Shown in pieces: positions 9,135-17,843 of a stretch of 24,982 nucleotides of DNA. Source of the stretch: Flavobacteriales bacterium. GTDB lineage: Bacteria > Bacteroidota > Bacteroidia > Palsa-965. Every line of letters starts with the position of its first letter. Positions within the stretch are counted from its first letter, which is position 1. Both the position numbers and the translations under genes were made by a program. The stretch lies in NCBI GenBank assembly GCA_040377305.1, contig JBEIPA010000045.1, forward strand, positions 1 to 24,982, written 5' to 3'. Under the pieces are notes generated by a model, which was not told the origin of the DNA, did no database searches, and was given only the letters and a program-made list of their open reading frames with translations.

Positions 9135-9836
9135 ATGGCAAAAAAGAAAGCCGCAAAGAAGGCAAAAGTTACTTCGAAACCTGCGAAAGCATCGTCGAAA
9201 AAGAAATCAACAGCAACAAAAAAATCTACGGCCACAAAGCCGAAGACCGGAGTAAAGGCGAAAGCTAAAGTTGCTCCGAAAAAGAAGGTTGCCGCAAAAG
9301 CACCTAAGAAAGTTGTTGCTAAACCTGCTAAGAAGGCTGTTGCTAAACCTGCAAAGAAAGCTGCAGCTAAACCTGCTAAAAAAACAGTCGCTAAGCCAGC
9401 TAAAAAAGCCGCTGCTAAGCCTGCCAGGAAGGCTGTTGCTGAACCTGCTAAGTCTGCAGCAAAGCCATCCGCTCCTAAGGTGAAGGACGAAGGCCACATT
9501 CTGGCTGAAAGTGTTGTGAACGGTATCCTCGAAAAGAAAGGTCAGAATGTACGTTGGCTCGATCTTCGTGGGATTGAAAATTCGGTTTGCGACTACTTTA
9601 TCATCTGCGAAGGAAATTCGAATACGCAGGTTGAAGCAATCGCTCAATCCGTAGAAGATGTTGTAAAGAAAGAGACCTCTCAGCGTCCATACCGTTCGGA
9701 AGGATGGGAAAACGCACTTTGGATTCTGATCGATTATATCAATGTAGTTGTACACGTGTTCGAAAAAGATACGCGTCACTTCTATAATTTGGAATCGCTC
9801 TGGGCTGATGCGGAAGAAATAGAAGTGAAACAATAA
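9135..9836 (+). CDS. rsfS: Ribosome silencing factor RsfS with about 115-aa histone-H1-like Lys/Ala/Pro N-terminal extension
   Basis: The C-terminal domain has EKKGQNV..LDLR, DYFIICEGNSNTQVEAIA, WILIDYINVVVHVF and RHFYNLESLW. The gene lies between birA and ftsH, and the extension is in frame with no stop. Confidence 0.92.
   Translation: MAKKKAAKKAKVTSKPAKASSKKKSTATKKSTATKPKTGVKAKAKVAPKKKVAAKAPKKVVAKPAKKAVAKPAKKAAAKPAKKTVAKPAKKAAAKPARKAVAEPAKSAAKPSAPKVKDEGHILAESVVNGILEKKGQNVRWLDLRGIENSVCDYFIICEGNSNTQVEAIAQSVEDVVKKETSQRPYRSEGWENALWILIDYINVVVHVFEKDTRHFYNLESLWADAEEIEVKQ
9282..9449 (+). repeat. Coding 24-nt (8-aa) tandem repeat, about 7 copies of KKAVAKPA
   Basis: KKVAAKAP KKVVAKPA KKAVAKPA KKAAAKPA KKTVAKPA KKAAAKPA RKAVAEPA. 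Confidence 0.9.
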
Positions 9837-9929
9837 CCGGGCACACGGCTCACGAAGAGCTGAATTGTTAAGGAACGCAAATACTGCAATAATTTTCCCC
9901 CACTAACGACTACTATCCTGAATAACGAT

Positions 9930-11981
9930 ATGAGCGAAATGAATAACCAGGATCAGGACCAGGAAAAAAGACTGAAAGACCGGATGAACCGTAAACCGCA
10001 ACTCCCAAAATCCCCATCGGGATTCTTTTGGGTGTACATTATTTTGGTGGTCGGCCTCATCGGATTCTTTGTACCCAGCATGATGAATGAACTGCCGACA
10101 GTAAGTCTGGCAGATTACAATACACTTGTAAAGCATCGTGTAATTAAACGTGTGGTCCGCGTTTCAAATGAGAACAACAGACTTGAAATCGTACTGAAAA
10201 GTGACGATGCAACCAAGAAAGACTCCGCAATCACCAAATTGATGGAGAGATTTTCGAAAGAAGGTTGGCGCGGCCCGGTTCCTCCGGATGCAGCACACTT
10301 GAAACTCGATTTCTCCTGGTCGGAAGACAAAGAGAAGCAGATGCATGATATGCAGGTTGCTGCGGGTTACACCGAAACCGATATCATTCCGATTGTAGAA
10401 GAGAAAAGAACTTCGCTTTCCGATCACCTCAGCTGGTTGCTACCAATTGCGATCATGGTTATCCTTTGGATCTTCCTGATGCGACGCATGGGTGGAGGTG
10501 GCGGTGGCCAGATATTCAACATCGGTAAGTCGAAAGCACAGCTGTTTGACAAAGACACGATGGTGAATGTTACGTTCAACGACGTGGCCGGACTTGAAGA
10601 AGCTAAAGTGGAGATCAAAGAAATTGTTGACTTCCTCAAGCAACCTAAAAAGTACACCGATCTCGGAGCAAAAATTCCGAAAGGTGCGTTGCTCGTAGGT
10701 CCTCCGGGAACCGGTAAAACCTTGCTTGCAAAAGCAGTTGCGGGTGAAGCAAAGGTTCCGTTCTTCTCACTTTCAGGATCTGATTTCGTAGAGATGTTTG
10801 TAGGTGTAGGTGCATCGCGTGTGCGTGACTTGTTCAAACAGGCAAAAGAAAAAGCACCGTGTATCATTTTCATCGATGAGATTGACGCAATTGGTCGTGC
10901 ACGAGGCAGAAGTGTTTCGCAAGGCGCAAATGACGAGCGTGAGAATACATTGAACCAGCTCCTAACCGAGATGGACGGATTCGGAACGAACAGCGGTGTA
11001 ATTATTCTTGCTGCTACGAACCGTGCCGATATTCTGGACCGTGCATTGTTGCGTGCAGGACGATTCGACCGACAGATCTTTGTTGATCTTCCCGATCTGA
11101 ACGAGCGTAAAGCAATTTTCGGAGTTCACCTGAAGCCGTTGAAGTTGGATGGCGACGTTGACATGGGCTTCCTTGCACGTCAAACACCTGGATTCTCCGG
11201 TGCTGATATTGCGAACATCTGTAACGAAGCTGCTTTGATCGCAGCACGTCACAATAAGAAAGTGGTAGCACGCCAGGACTTCCTTGATGCTGTTGATCGT
11301 GTGATCGGCGGACTCGAAAAGAAGAATAAGATCATCTCGAAAGAAGAGAAACTTACGATTGCATTCCACGAGGCAGGACATGCTACAGCAAGCTGGATGT
11401 TGCGTTATGCGGCTCCACTCGTTAAAGTGACGATTGTTCCTCGCGGACGATCACTGGGTGCTGCATGGTACTTGCCGGATGAGCGTCAGATCACCACAAC
11501 CGAACAGTTGCTGGATGAAATGTGCGCAACGCTGGGTGGACGTGCAGCAGAAGAAATCATCTTCGGAAAGATTTCTACGGGTGCATTGAGTGATCTCGAA
11601 AAAGTAACGAAGCAGGCTTACGCCATGGTTACCTTCTACGGACTCAGTGAGCGTATCGGAAACATCAGCTATTACGATTCACAAGGTGGCGATTACAGTT
11701 TCAATAAGCCCTACAGTGAAAAAACTGCGCAGACCATCGACGAAGAAGTTCACAAGATGATTGAATCGATGTATGTGAAAACGAAAGAGTTGTTGAGTGC
11801 AAACAAAGACAAGCTCACTGCTCTCGCGAATAAACTCACCGAGAAGGAAGTAATTTTCCGTGAAGACCTTGAAGCGATTTTCGGAAAACGCCAGTGGGAT
11901 CCGGTTGAAATGCATGAACACAACGACAGCATCAAGCCTGTTGATCCGCCTACTGCATTGATTCCGCCTACTGAAGCCTAA
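9930..11981 (+). CDS. ftsH: ATP-dependent zinc metalloprotease FtsH
   Basis: Two TM helices, GPPGTGKT, IIFIDEID, SRH ATNRADILDRALLRAGRFDR, HEAGH zinc motif and GGRAAEE. Confidence 0.98.
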   Translation: MSEMNNQDQDQEKRLKDRMNRKPQLPKSPSGFFWVYIILVVGLIGFFVPSMMNELPTVSLADYNTLVKHRVIKRVVRVSNENNRLEIVLKSDDATKKDSAITKLMERFSKEGWRGPVPPDAAHLKLDFSWSEDKEKQMHDMQVAAGYTETDIIPIVEEKRTSLSDHLSWLLPIAIMVILWIFLMRRMGGGGGGQIFNIGKSKAQLFDKDTMVNVTFNDVAGLEEAKVEIKEIVDFLKQPKKYTDLGAKIPKGALLVGPPGTGKTLLAKAVAGEAKVPFFSLSGSDFVEMFVGVGASRVRDLFKQAKEKAPCIIFIDEIDAIGRARGRSVSQGANDERENTLNQLLTEMDGFGTNSGVIILAATNRADILDRALLRAGRFDRQIFVDLPDLNERKAIFGVHLKPLKLDGDVDMGFLARQTPGFSGADIANICNEAALIAARHNKKVVARQDFLDAVDRVIGGLEKKNKIISKEEKLTIAFHEAGHATASWMLRYAAPLVKVTIVPRGRSLGAAWYLPDERQITTTEQLLDEMCATLGGRAAEEIIFGKISTGALSDLEKVTKQAYAMVTFYGLSERIGNISYYDSQGGDYSFNKPYSEKTAQTIDEEVHKMIESMYVKTKELLSANKDKLTALANKLTEKEVIFREDLEAIFGKRQWDPVEMHEHNDSIKPVDPPTALIPPTEA

Positions 11982-11989
11982 ATATCTGC

Positions 11990-12055
11990 CTTCGACTCCG
12001 CTCAGTCTGACAATTTAGCCACCAAGCTTGCTTGTCAGACCGAGCGGAGTCGAGG
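11990..12055. repeat. REP/REPIN-like inverted repeat, 24-bp arms
   Basis: CTTCGACTCCGCTCAGTCTGACAA (11990-12013) and TTGTCAGACCGAGCGGAGTCGAGG (12032-12055) are 22/24 complementary and fill the ftsH-LUD intergenic gap. Confidence 0.8.
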
Positions 12056-12066
12056 TGACTAGCAAG

Positions 12067-12726
12067 ATGGAAGATTCTACAACCAGCAAAGAAAAAATCC
12101 TGAAGAAAGTCCGTGCGGCTTTGATTCATAAATCGCGGATTGAAACTGGAGATGTAGATTTAGAATCGAACATCTACAACATTCCCGATGATCCTTTCGA
12201 ATTGATTTTTGCGCAAGCATTCACCGATGCAGGCGGGCAGTTCGTATTCTGCGAGAACGAAGAAGATTTCTGTTACAACATCAACGCACTTACCGCTGAA
12301 GAAGGCTTCGGAAAAATCTGGGCGAATGAAGAAGCCCTTACTCCCCTGCTCCAACGTGCGGGTGTAAAGTTTACTTCTTCGGAAAAAGACCTTGACGACG
12401 CGAACACATCTGTTACTCTCTGCGAATTTCTCGTGGCGAGAACAGGCAGTGTTGTGGTCAGCTCGAAACAATCTGCAGGACGAAAAGCAGGTGTTTATCC
12501 CGATAATCATATAGTCGTTGCAAAAACTTCTCAGCTTGTTCTGCATTTGCGCGATGCATTAAAAGAGCTCAAGACGAAATACAAAGACGCGATTCCTTCA
12601 CAAATTACCTTCATTACCGGACCGAGCCGCACCGCGGATATCGAGAAGACTCTTGTAATGGGTGCACATGGAGCCAAAGAGGTCTATCTCTTCTTAATCG
12701 ACGATTTGATCCTATCACAGGAATAA
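12067..12726 (+). CDS. LUD domain (LutC/YkgG-like) protein
   Basis: Motifs CEFLVARTGSVV, PDNHIVVA and ITFITGPSRTADIEKTLVMGAHG. ATG 12067 is preferred because the upstream ORF extension reads through the repeat. Confidence 0.9.
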   Translation: MEDSTTSKEKILKKVRAALIHKSRIETGDVDLESNIYNIPDDPFELIFAQAFTDAGGQFVFCENEEDFCYNINALTAEEGFGKIWANEEALTPLLQRAGVKFTSSEKDLDDANTSVTLCEFLVARTGSVVVSSKQSAGRKAGVYPDNHIVVAKTSQLVLHLRDALKELKTKYKDAIPSQITFITGPSRTADIEKTLVMGAHGAKEVYLFLIDDLILSQE

Positions 12727-12784
12727 TCGTGAGATGCAGCAAACCCTTGCTATCTTTCATCGTCTAAGTTGTAAGACCTTACCC

Positions 12785-13732
12785 ATGAAGAAGCTTATAC
12801 TCGTTGCTTTTCTCGCGCCCTCGCTCCTATTCGCCCAAAACGATTCAACCGAATCACAGAAAAAATTAATCAAAGTAATTTCCATCAGCTTATACGGTGG
12901 CGGAGAATTTTACCGCGAAGGTTTTGAAGACCGCACGATTTTTCAGCAAGCAGCACCTTCATCGACGGTTGCTTACGGAGATCTTGCCGGCTACACGACA
13001 GGAAATGGATTTCTATTTCGATACGGAAATACCAATATTTCCAACGGCATCAATGTCAACTTTCGTTTACGCGGACAAGCCAGGTTCAGTGAACTTCGAA
13101 TTGGCCTCGCACATTCGGTTACCGGTTATGCCTATCAAAGCTATACTCAGGAGTCACGCACGTATATGGGAATAACGACACTGCCGGGCGGAGAAATCGT
13201 TACAACAGATTCGGTTTCTTATGCATCCTACAGCTATTCGTGGGACGCCGATGTAATACAACTAAATCTTGCATGGCTCGTGCGCACCAATCCGCGTGCA
13301 TGGCTCAATGCCTACACCGGATTCGGTATTATGGGTGGAATCGGCTACAACGGCATACTTGAATACAATCACATTCATACTTCGCACTATGAACATGATG
13401 GCGGGACAACCAGCATTCACTACACGAGTAACCGGGAAGTTATCTCTCACACCAACGAACAATACCGGGCGCCGATGTTCACTTCTTTTGTTGCGTACAT
13501 TCCTATGGGCTTCAACCTGCGGCTAGGCAAGCGCAATAATTTCTTCAAACACATCGCGCTGTTTGGAGAGTACACCGGAGCTATCCAGATTCTTTCACCC
13601 AAGGGAGTCGATAGTAAAGTGCGAACATCTGCAGGTGCAATGGGCGGTGTTCGCTGGTACATTCAGGCGCCTGGCGGCGGTAAAGCAAGAAAAGGTCGCC
13701 AACGCGGTCCTCATCCCGGTTTCCCTGATTAA
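12785..13732 (+). CDS. Hypothetical exported protein, probable outer-membrane beta-barrel
   Basis: Signal peptide MKKLILVAFLAPSLLFAQ and alternating aromatic/Gly strands (YTGFGIMGGIGY, YIPMGFNLRL, ALFGEY, GGVRWYI). Confidence 0.6.
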   Translation: MKKLILVAFLAPSLLFAQNDSTESQKKLIKVISISLYGGGEFYREGFEDRTIFQQAAPSSTVAYGDLAGYTTGNGFLFRYGNTNISNGINVNFRLRGQARFSELRIGLAHSVTGYAYQSYTQESRTYMGITTLPGGEIVTTDSVSYASYSYSWDADVIQLNLAWLVRTNPRAWLNAYTGFGIMGGIGYNGILEYNHIHTSHYEHDGGTTSIHYTSNREVISHTNEQYRAPMFTSFVAYIPMGFNLRLGKRNNFFKHIALFGEYTGAIQILSPKGVDSKVRTSAGAMGGVRWYIQAPGGGKARKGRQRGPHPGFPD

Positions 13733-13756
13733 GGGCTTTGCTTAACTTCGCCGCGT

Positions 13757-14623
13757 ATGAGCAATCTCGCACAGCGATTAATTACGGGAAGCATTTTTGT
13801 TGTTGTATTGGTTGGGTGTATTTGGTTTAGCCCGTGGACGCTCATGTTACTGTGTCTGACAGTGACGATTCTTGGATTGCATGAATTCTACAAACTTTCA
13901 CGCAAAGCCAATGCAGATCCCATGCACGCGTATGGACTTTTTCTTGGTGGAATAACTATCATAGGCAGTTTTTTGGCGCAAAGCTCAGGTGCATCACAAT
14001 ACTTTCTGTTGTTAATTCCGCTTTTATTCCTGGTCTTTTTCATCGAACTCTTCCGGAAGAAAAATAATCCGCTTGCAAATATCGCATGGACGATTGCCGG
14101 TGTGATTTATGTGGCGGGTCCAATGGTATTACTGCTCGTTGCATTCACTCCAAAATATTTTATTGAGCGACTTGCAGGATATGACTATATGGAATCATAT
14201 GATTTCAAAAAACCACTGATGTTTTTCATGCTCATTTGGATCAGCGATTCCATGGCATATGTATGTGGGCGCATATTTGGAAAACACAAACTTTGGGAGA
14301 GAATTTCTCCAAAGAAAACCTGGGAAGGGTTTATTGGCGGATTGCTGTTCTGTGGTGCAACGGGTTATTTACTGGGATGGTTGTGGCTTTCCGATCATAA
14401 TTCAGGTTCAGCGATTACGTGGATGGTCATTGCAGTGGTTGTTTCAGTTACCGGCATGCTCGGCGACATGGTTGAGTCACTCTTCAAACGCAGTATCGAT
14501 GTGAAGGATTCCGGAACAATTCTGCCAGGTCACGGAGGTATTCTCGACCGTTTTGATGCACTTTTCCTCTCTGTCCCATTCGCGATCACTACTTACTGGA
14601 TTCTAGGCACAATTCTGCATTAA
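13757..14623 (+). CDS. cdsA: Phosphatidate cytidylyltransferase
   Basis: Polytopic membrane protein with WISDSMAY, ISPKKTWEG, GDMVESLFKR and KDSGTILPGHGGILDRFD. Confidence 0.96.
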   Translation: MSNLAQRLITGSIFVVVLVGCIWFSPWTLMLLCLTVTILGLHEFYKLSRKANADPMHAYGLFLGGITIIGSFLAQSSGASQYFLLLIPLLFLVFFIELFRKKNNPLANIAWTIAGVIYVAGPMVLLLVAFTPKYFIERLAGYDYMESYDFKKPLMFFMLIWISDSMAYVCGRIFGKHKLWERISPKKTWEGFIGGLLFCGATGYLLGWLWLSDHNSGSAITWMVIAVVVSVTGMLGDMVESLFKRSIDVKDSGTILPGHGGILDRFDALFLSVPFAITTYWILGTILH

Positions 14624-14647
14624 ACTGACGTCTAACGTATCCCGTGT

Positions 14648-14679
14648 CACTCCCGTCTCCCATCTCCAGACTCCCATCT
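14648..14679 (+). repeat. Short heptamer tandem repeat (nnCTCCC-like x4)
   Basis: CACTCCC GTCTCCC ATCTCCA GACTCCC ATCT between cdsA and gdh. Confidence 0.55.
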
Positions 14680-14751
14680 AAGAACGCCCCGCGTTCGGAA
14701 AAAACCCTTAATTTTACGCCCCAAAGTCAGATTTTAACCAAACCATATAAA

Positions 14752-16035
14752 ATGGCAACCACAGCAAAAAAGGCAGAAGCACCAGCAGCAGCACACGCAA
14801 GTATGTTCGACGCAGTATTGGCTCGCCTTGACAAAGCCGCTGAACTTTTTGGTCTTGCACCAGAAGTGGCTGAAATTCTCCGTCATCCGAAACGCGAAGT
14901 GAAAGTGAGTCTTCCGATCAAGATGGATGATGGAACCGTTAAAGTTTTTGAAGGATACAGAACAGTTCACTCTACGCACCTCGGGCCATCGAAAGGCGGA
15001 ATCCGTTATGCAATGGATGTGAACGACGATGAAGTTCGTGCACTAGCTGCATGGATGTCAATTAAGTGCGCTATTGCCAACCTTCCGTACGGTGGTGGTA
15101 AAGGCGGAATCAAATGCGATCCACGCAAAATGAGCGAAGGAGAGCTTGAGCGAATGACACGTGCATACACACGCGCAATGGCTGATGTGTTTGGCGTGAA
15201 CAAAGACATTCCTGCACCGGATATGGGCACTGGCAAACGCGAAATGGCGTGGTTGCTTGATGAGTACAACCGCATGCACGATGAAGATATTCCCGGAGTA
15301 ACTACAGGAAAACCAATTACTCTTGGTGGCTCAAAAGGCCGTGAAGCTGCAACTGGTCGCGGTGTAATGATAGCTTCTTTGGCTGCGATGAAGAAAATCG
15401 GATTGAACCACAAGCAAGCAACTGCATCTGTACAAGGATTCGGTAACGTGGGTTCACATGCTGCACGTTTGCTCGTTTCGAAGAACATCCGTGTGAATGC
15501 AATTTCTGATCACACCGCTGCATTCTACAACGAAAAAGGAATTGACATTGATGCGGCTATTAAATATGCTGCTTCAAACGGAAATACATTGAAAGGTTTC
15601 AAAGGCGCTGAGGAAATTTCTGCCGGAGAAGTTCTTACAGTTCCTGTTGATCTTTTGGTTCCTGCTGCGATTCAGGGTGTGATTACTGCTGCGAATGCAG
15701 GTGACATCAAAGCGAAACTGATTGTTGAAGGAGCAAATGGTCCTACAGAAGCTGATGCAGATCAGATCCTGAACGACAAAGGAATTGTAGTTGTACCAGA
15801 CGTTCTCGCGAATGGTGGTGGTGTAACCGTTTCTTACTTCGAGTGGGTACAAAATCGTCAGGGCCACTACTGGTCAGAAGACGAAGTAAATGCGAAACAT
15901 GATGCATCGATGAATCAGGCATTTGAAAATGTGTGGTTCAATGCACAACAGTATAAGTGCAGCATGCGTATCGGAGCCTATATCACCGCGCTTAAGCGTT
16001 TGGATAAAGCGGTTCGTTACAAAGGGAATTACTAG
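14752..16035 (+). CDS. gdhA: Glutamate dehydrogenase (Glu/Leu/Phe/Val dehydrogenase family)
   Basis: Motifs GPSKGGIRY, GGGKGG, DIPAPD, ATGRG, VQGFGNVG, EGANGP and NGGGVTVSYFEWVQN. The start is ATG 14752 after an A-rich leader. Confidence 0.93.
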   Translation: MATTAKKAEAPAAAHASMFDAVLARLDKAAELFGLAPEVAEILRHPKREVKVSLPIKMDDGTVKVFEGYRTVHSTHLGPSKGGIRYAMDVNDDEVRALAAWMSIKCAIANLPYGGGKGGIKCDPRKMSEGELERMTRAYTRAMADVFGVNKDIPAPDMGTGKREMAWLLDEYNRMHDEDIPGVTTGKPITLGGSKGREAATGRGVMIASLAAMKKIGLNHKQATASVQGFGNVGSHAARLLVSKNIRVNAISDHTAAFYNEKGIDIDAAIKYAASNGNTLKGFKGAEEISAGEVLTVPVDLLVPAAIQGVITAANAGDIKAKLIVEGANGPTEADADQILNDKGIVVVPDVLANGGGVTVSYFEWVQNRQGHYWSEDEVNAKHDASMNQAFENVWFNAQQYKCSMRIGAYITALKRLDKAVRYKGNY

Positions 16036-16046
16036 ACCTTTATACA

Positions 16047-16092
16047 GTTCAAAAAGAAAGAGCTTCCAGGTGGAAGCTCTTTCTTTTTGAAC
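16047..16092 (+). terminator. Intrinsic terminator after gdh (symmetrical, potentially bidirectional)
   Basis: Perfect 21-bp stem GTTCAAAAAGAAAGAGCTTCC-AGGT-GGAAGCTCTTTCTTTTTGAAC with A-rich and T-rich flanks. Confidence 0.85.
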
Positions 16093-16263
16093 ACATGCGA
16101 CCCCTACAGGGTCGGGAAGTGGTTCCTGAGAGGTATCTTCAGTTCAAGGAACATGTGAATCCTAGCGGATTCAGTTCATGCAAGTCGATCCTGCAGGGAT
16201 CGCATGTTCCTTGAACGAAGTGAACCTCCTCCTCCATTTTTTTGCGACCCCGTAGGGGTCGCA
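16093..16263. repeat. Cluster of four REP-like palindromes (two forward, two reverse) upstream of IS200-like tnpA
   Basis: The four copies are ACATG-CGACCCCTACAGGGTCG (16093-16114), GTTCAAGGAACATG-TGAATCCTAGCGGATTCA (16142-16173), CGATCCTGCAGGGATCG-CATGTTCCTTGAAC (16186-16216) and TGCGACCCCGTAGGGGTCGCA (16243-16263). Confidence 0.8.
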
Positions 16264-16368
16264 CAGTGTGATCTGAAAAAATATTTTTGGTCTATAACCC
16301 TTTTTGTTTTTACCATTGCCGCCCTTTTCATTTTATATTTTTCATTTAACCTTTTTATCTTTTTTGTC

Positions 16369-16833
16369 ATGGCTAACGCATATTCCAAAATTCAGATTCA
16401 CATTGTTTTCGCTGTCAAATTTCGGTTTGCACTCATTCATCCGACGTGGGAAGAAGAACTGTATAAGTACATCACCGGCATCATTCAGAACCGCGGGCAT
16501 AAGCTGCTTGCAATTAATGGGATGCCCGATCACATTCACATCCTGATTGGATTTAAACCTGTCGAAGATCTGAGTTCACTCATTCGGGAGATCAAAAAAG
16601 CAAGCACGGAATGGATAAAATCAAGGCAATTAACCAGATCCAAATTTCAATGGCAAGAAGGATATGGTGCGTTTTCTTATGCAGAATCCGACATCAAGAA
16701 AGTGGCAAACTATGTCATCAACCAGAAGCAGCATCACGCTAAATCAAGGACCTTCAAAGAAGAGTACGTCAACCTGCTTAAAGAATTCAATATCGAATTT
16801 GATGAAAAGTACATCCTGCAGGATCCGGAATAG
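16369..16833 (+). mobile_element. tnpA: IS200/IS605-family HUH Y1 transposase (TnpA), no tnpB
   Basis: 154 aa from MANAYSKIQIHIVFAVK, with HUH motif MPDHIHIL, FQWQEGYGAFSY and catalytic YxxxQ (YVINQ). The reading frame is intact. Confidence 0.92.
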
Positions 16834-16848
16834 TTATGAGTAGCAAAT

Positions 16849-16879
16849 AAAAAGGTTTCCGGCAACGGGAACCTTTTTT
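16849..16879 (+). terminator. Intrinsic terminator after tnpA
   Basis: AAAAAGGTTTCCG-GCAA-CGGGAACCTTTTTT, a stem with a GNRA loop and a U tract. Confidence 0.8.
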
Positions 16880-16890
16880 AATTTAGAGGG

Positions 16891-17361
16891 ATGAAGTGGA
16901 TCGCTTTGGTTGTCGTTAGTTTCTCGCTGCTTATTGCATCCTGCGAAAGCGATACACCCAAACGCAAGTTTGAGCTGATCATTTCTTCCGATCGCGGGAC
17001 TACTGAGTTGCTCTATATTCTCAACGAAAAATCACTAAACGTTTATCGTATCACAACTGATTCCTTCTCCAACGATACCGCTTTCATTTTTCAGTCGGCA
17101 TTGAACTACACGGATACACTTTCAAAAATTGCGTTGCTTGATGTGAAGTCATTCAGTTGCAGTGAGCAACATGCGTTGGATGCTGTTTATGTCAAATTCG
17201 GCGATGACAGCACACATGTTAATGTTGATCCTTATGTCAATCATCCCGTAGAACTTGATTATGCAGTAAGATTGATTAACTCGATTGTTGATGAAGATCT
17301 TCGGTTGAATTTCATTGATATGCAAGGAGCCATCGAACAGACCGATAAGCACAGCATGTAA
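16891..17361 (+). CDS. Hypothetical lipoprotein
   Basis: MKWIALVVVSFSLLIASC lipobox. Its stop overlaps the next start (TAATG). Confidence 0.7.
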   Translation: MKWIALVVVSFSLLIASCESDTPKRKFELIISSDRGTTELLYILNEKSLNVYRITTDSFSNDTAFIFQSALNYTDTLSKIALLDVKSFSCSEQHALDAVYVKFGDDSTHVNVDPYVNHPVELDYAVRLINSIVDEDLRLNFIDMQGAIEQTDKHSM

Positions 17362-17843
17362 TGAAGGCACTTGTCAAGAAAAAATTGTTGCTTGAAAAAT
17401 ATCCCGGCAAAGGAGGATGGACTTATGTGCGTGTTCCGAAGCTTCCGAAAAATATCAAGAAGAGTTTCGGTTATGCGAAAGTGAAAGGAACGATTGACGG
17501 ATTTAAGATCAGTAAGTATCACATCATGCCGATGAAAGACGGGAATCATTTCCTGCCGGTAAAATCCGAAATCCGAAAAAAGATCGGTAAGGAAGCCGGC
17601 GCAACTGTTGAAGTGATTTTATATGCGGACAATGAGCCACTCAGAGCACCGAAAGAATTGCTCGAATGTTTGGCAGATGAACCGGCGGCGTTGAATTTCT
17701 TTAAGACGTTAACCGATAGCAACAAGAAATACTACATCGAGTGGATTTATTCTGCAAAGCGCGTTGAGACGAAAGCGGATCGGATTGCGAAGACGATGGA
17801 TCGGCTGGCTCGTGGGCTAAAATTATACGACGTTGAACAATAG
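17361..17843 (+). CDS. DUF1905 + YdeI/OmpD-associated domain protein
   Basis: N-terminal GKGGWTYV...VKGTIDG...LPVKSEIRKKIGKEAG (DUF1905-like) and C-terminal PKEL...FFKTLTDSNKKYYIEWIYSAKRVETKADRI (OmdA/YdeI-like). Confidence 0.85.
   Translation: MKALVKKKLLLEKYPGKGGWTYVRVPKLPKNIKKSFGYAKVKGTIDGFKISKYHIMPMKDGNHFLPVKSEIRKKIGKEAGATVEVILYADNEPLRAPKELLECLADEPAALNFFKTLTDSNKKYYIEWIYSAKRVETKADRIAKTMDRLARGLKLYDVEQ

Noticed and set aside
9116-9833. Antisense ORFs 9116-9499 (Ala/Phe/Leu-rich) and 9207-9833
   Set aside because: These are shadows of the Lys/Ala repeat and the rsfS frame, and no independent signals support them.
14644-14751. Extended N-terminus of glutamate dehydrogenase (likewise the upstream extensions of the LUD, purC, phoH and M61 ORFs)
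   Set aside because: The extensions run through repeats, promoter motifs or neighbouring genes. The downstream starts fit family lengths or signal peptides better.
16204-16368. Hydrophobic N-terminal extension making tnpA a membrane protein
   Set aside because: The extension reads through REP hairpins and a T-rich leader. The family-typical start is MANAYS at 16369.
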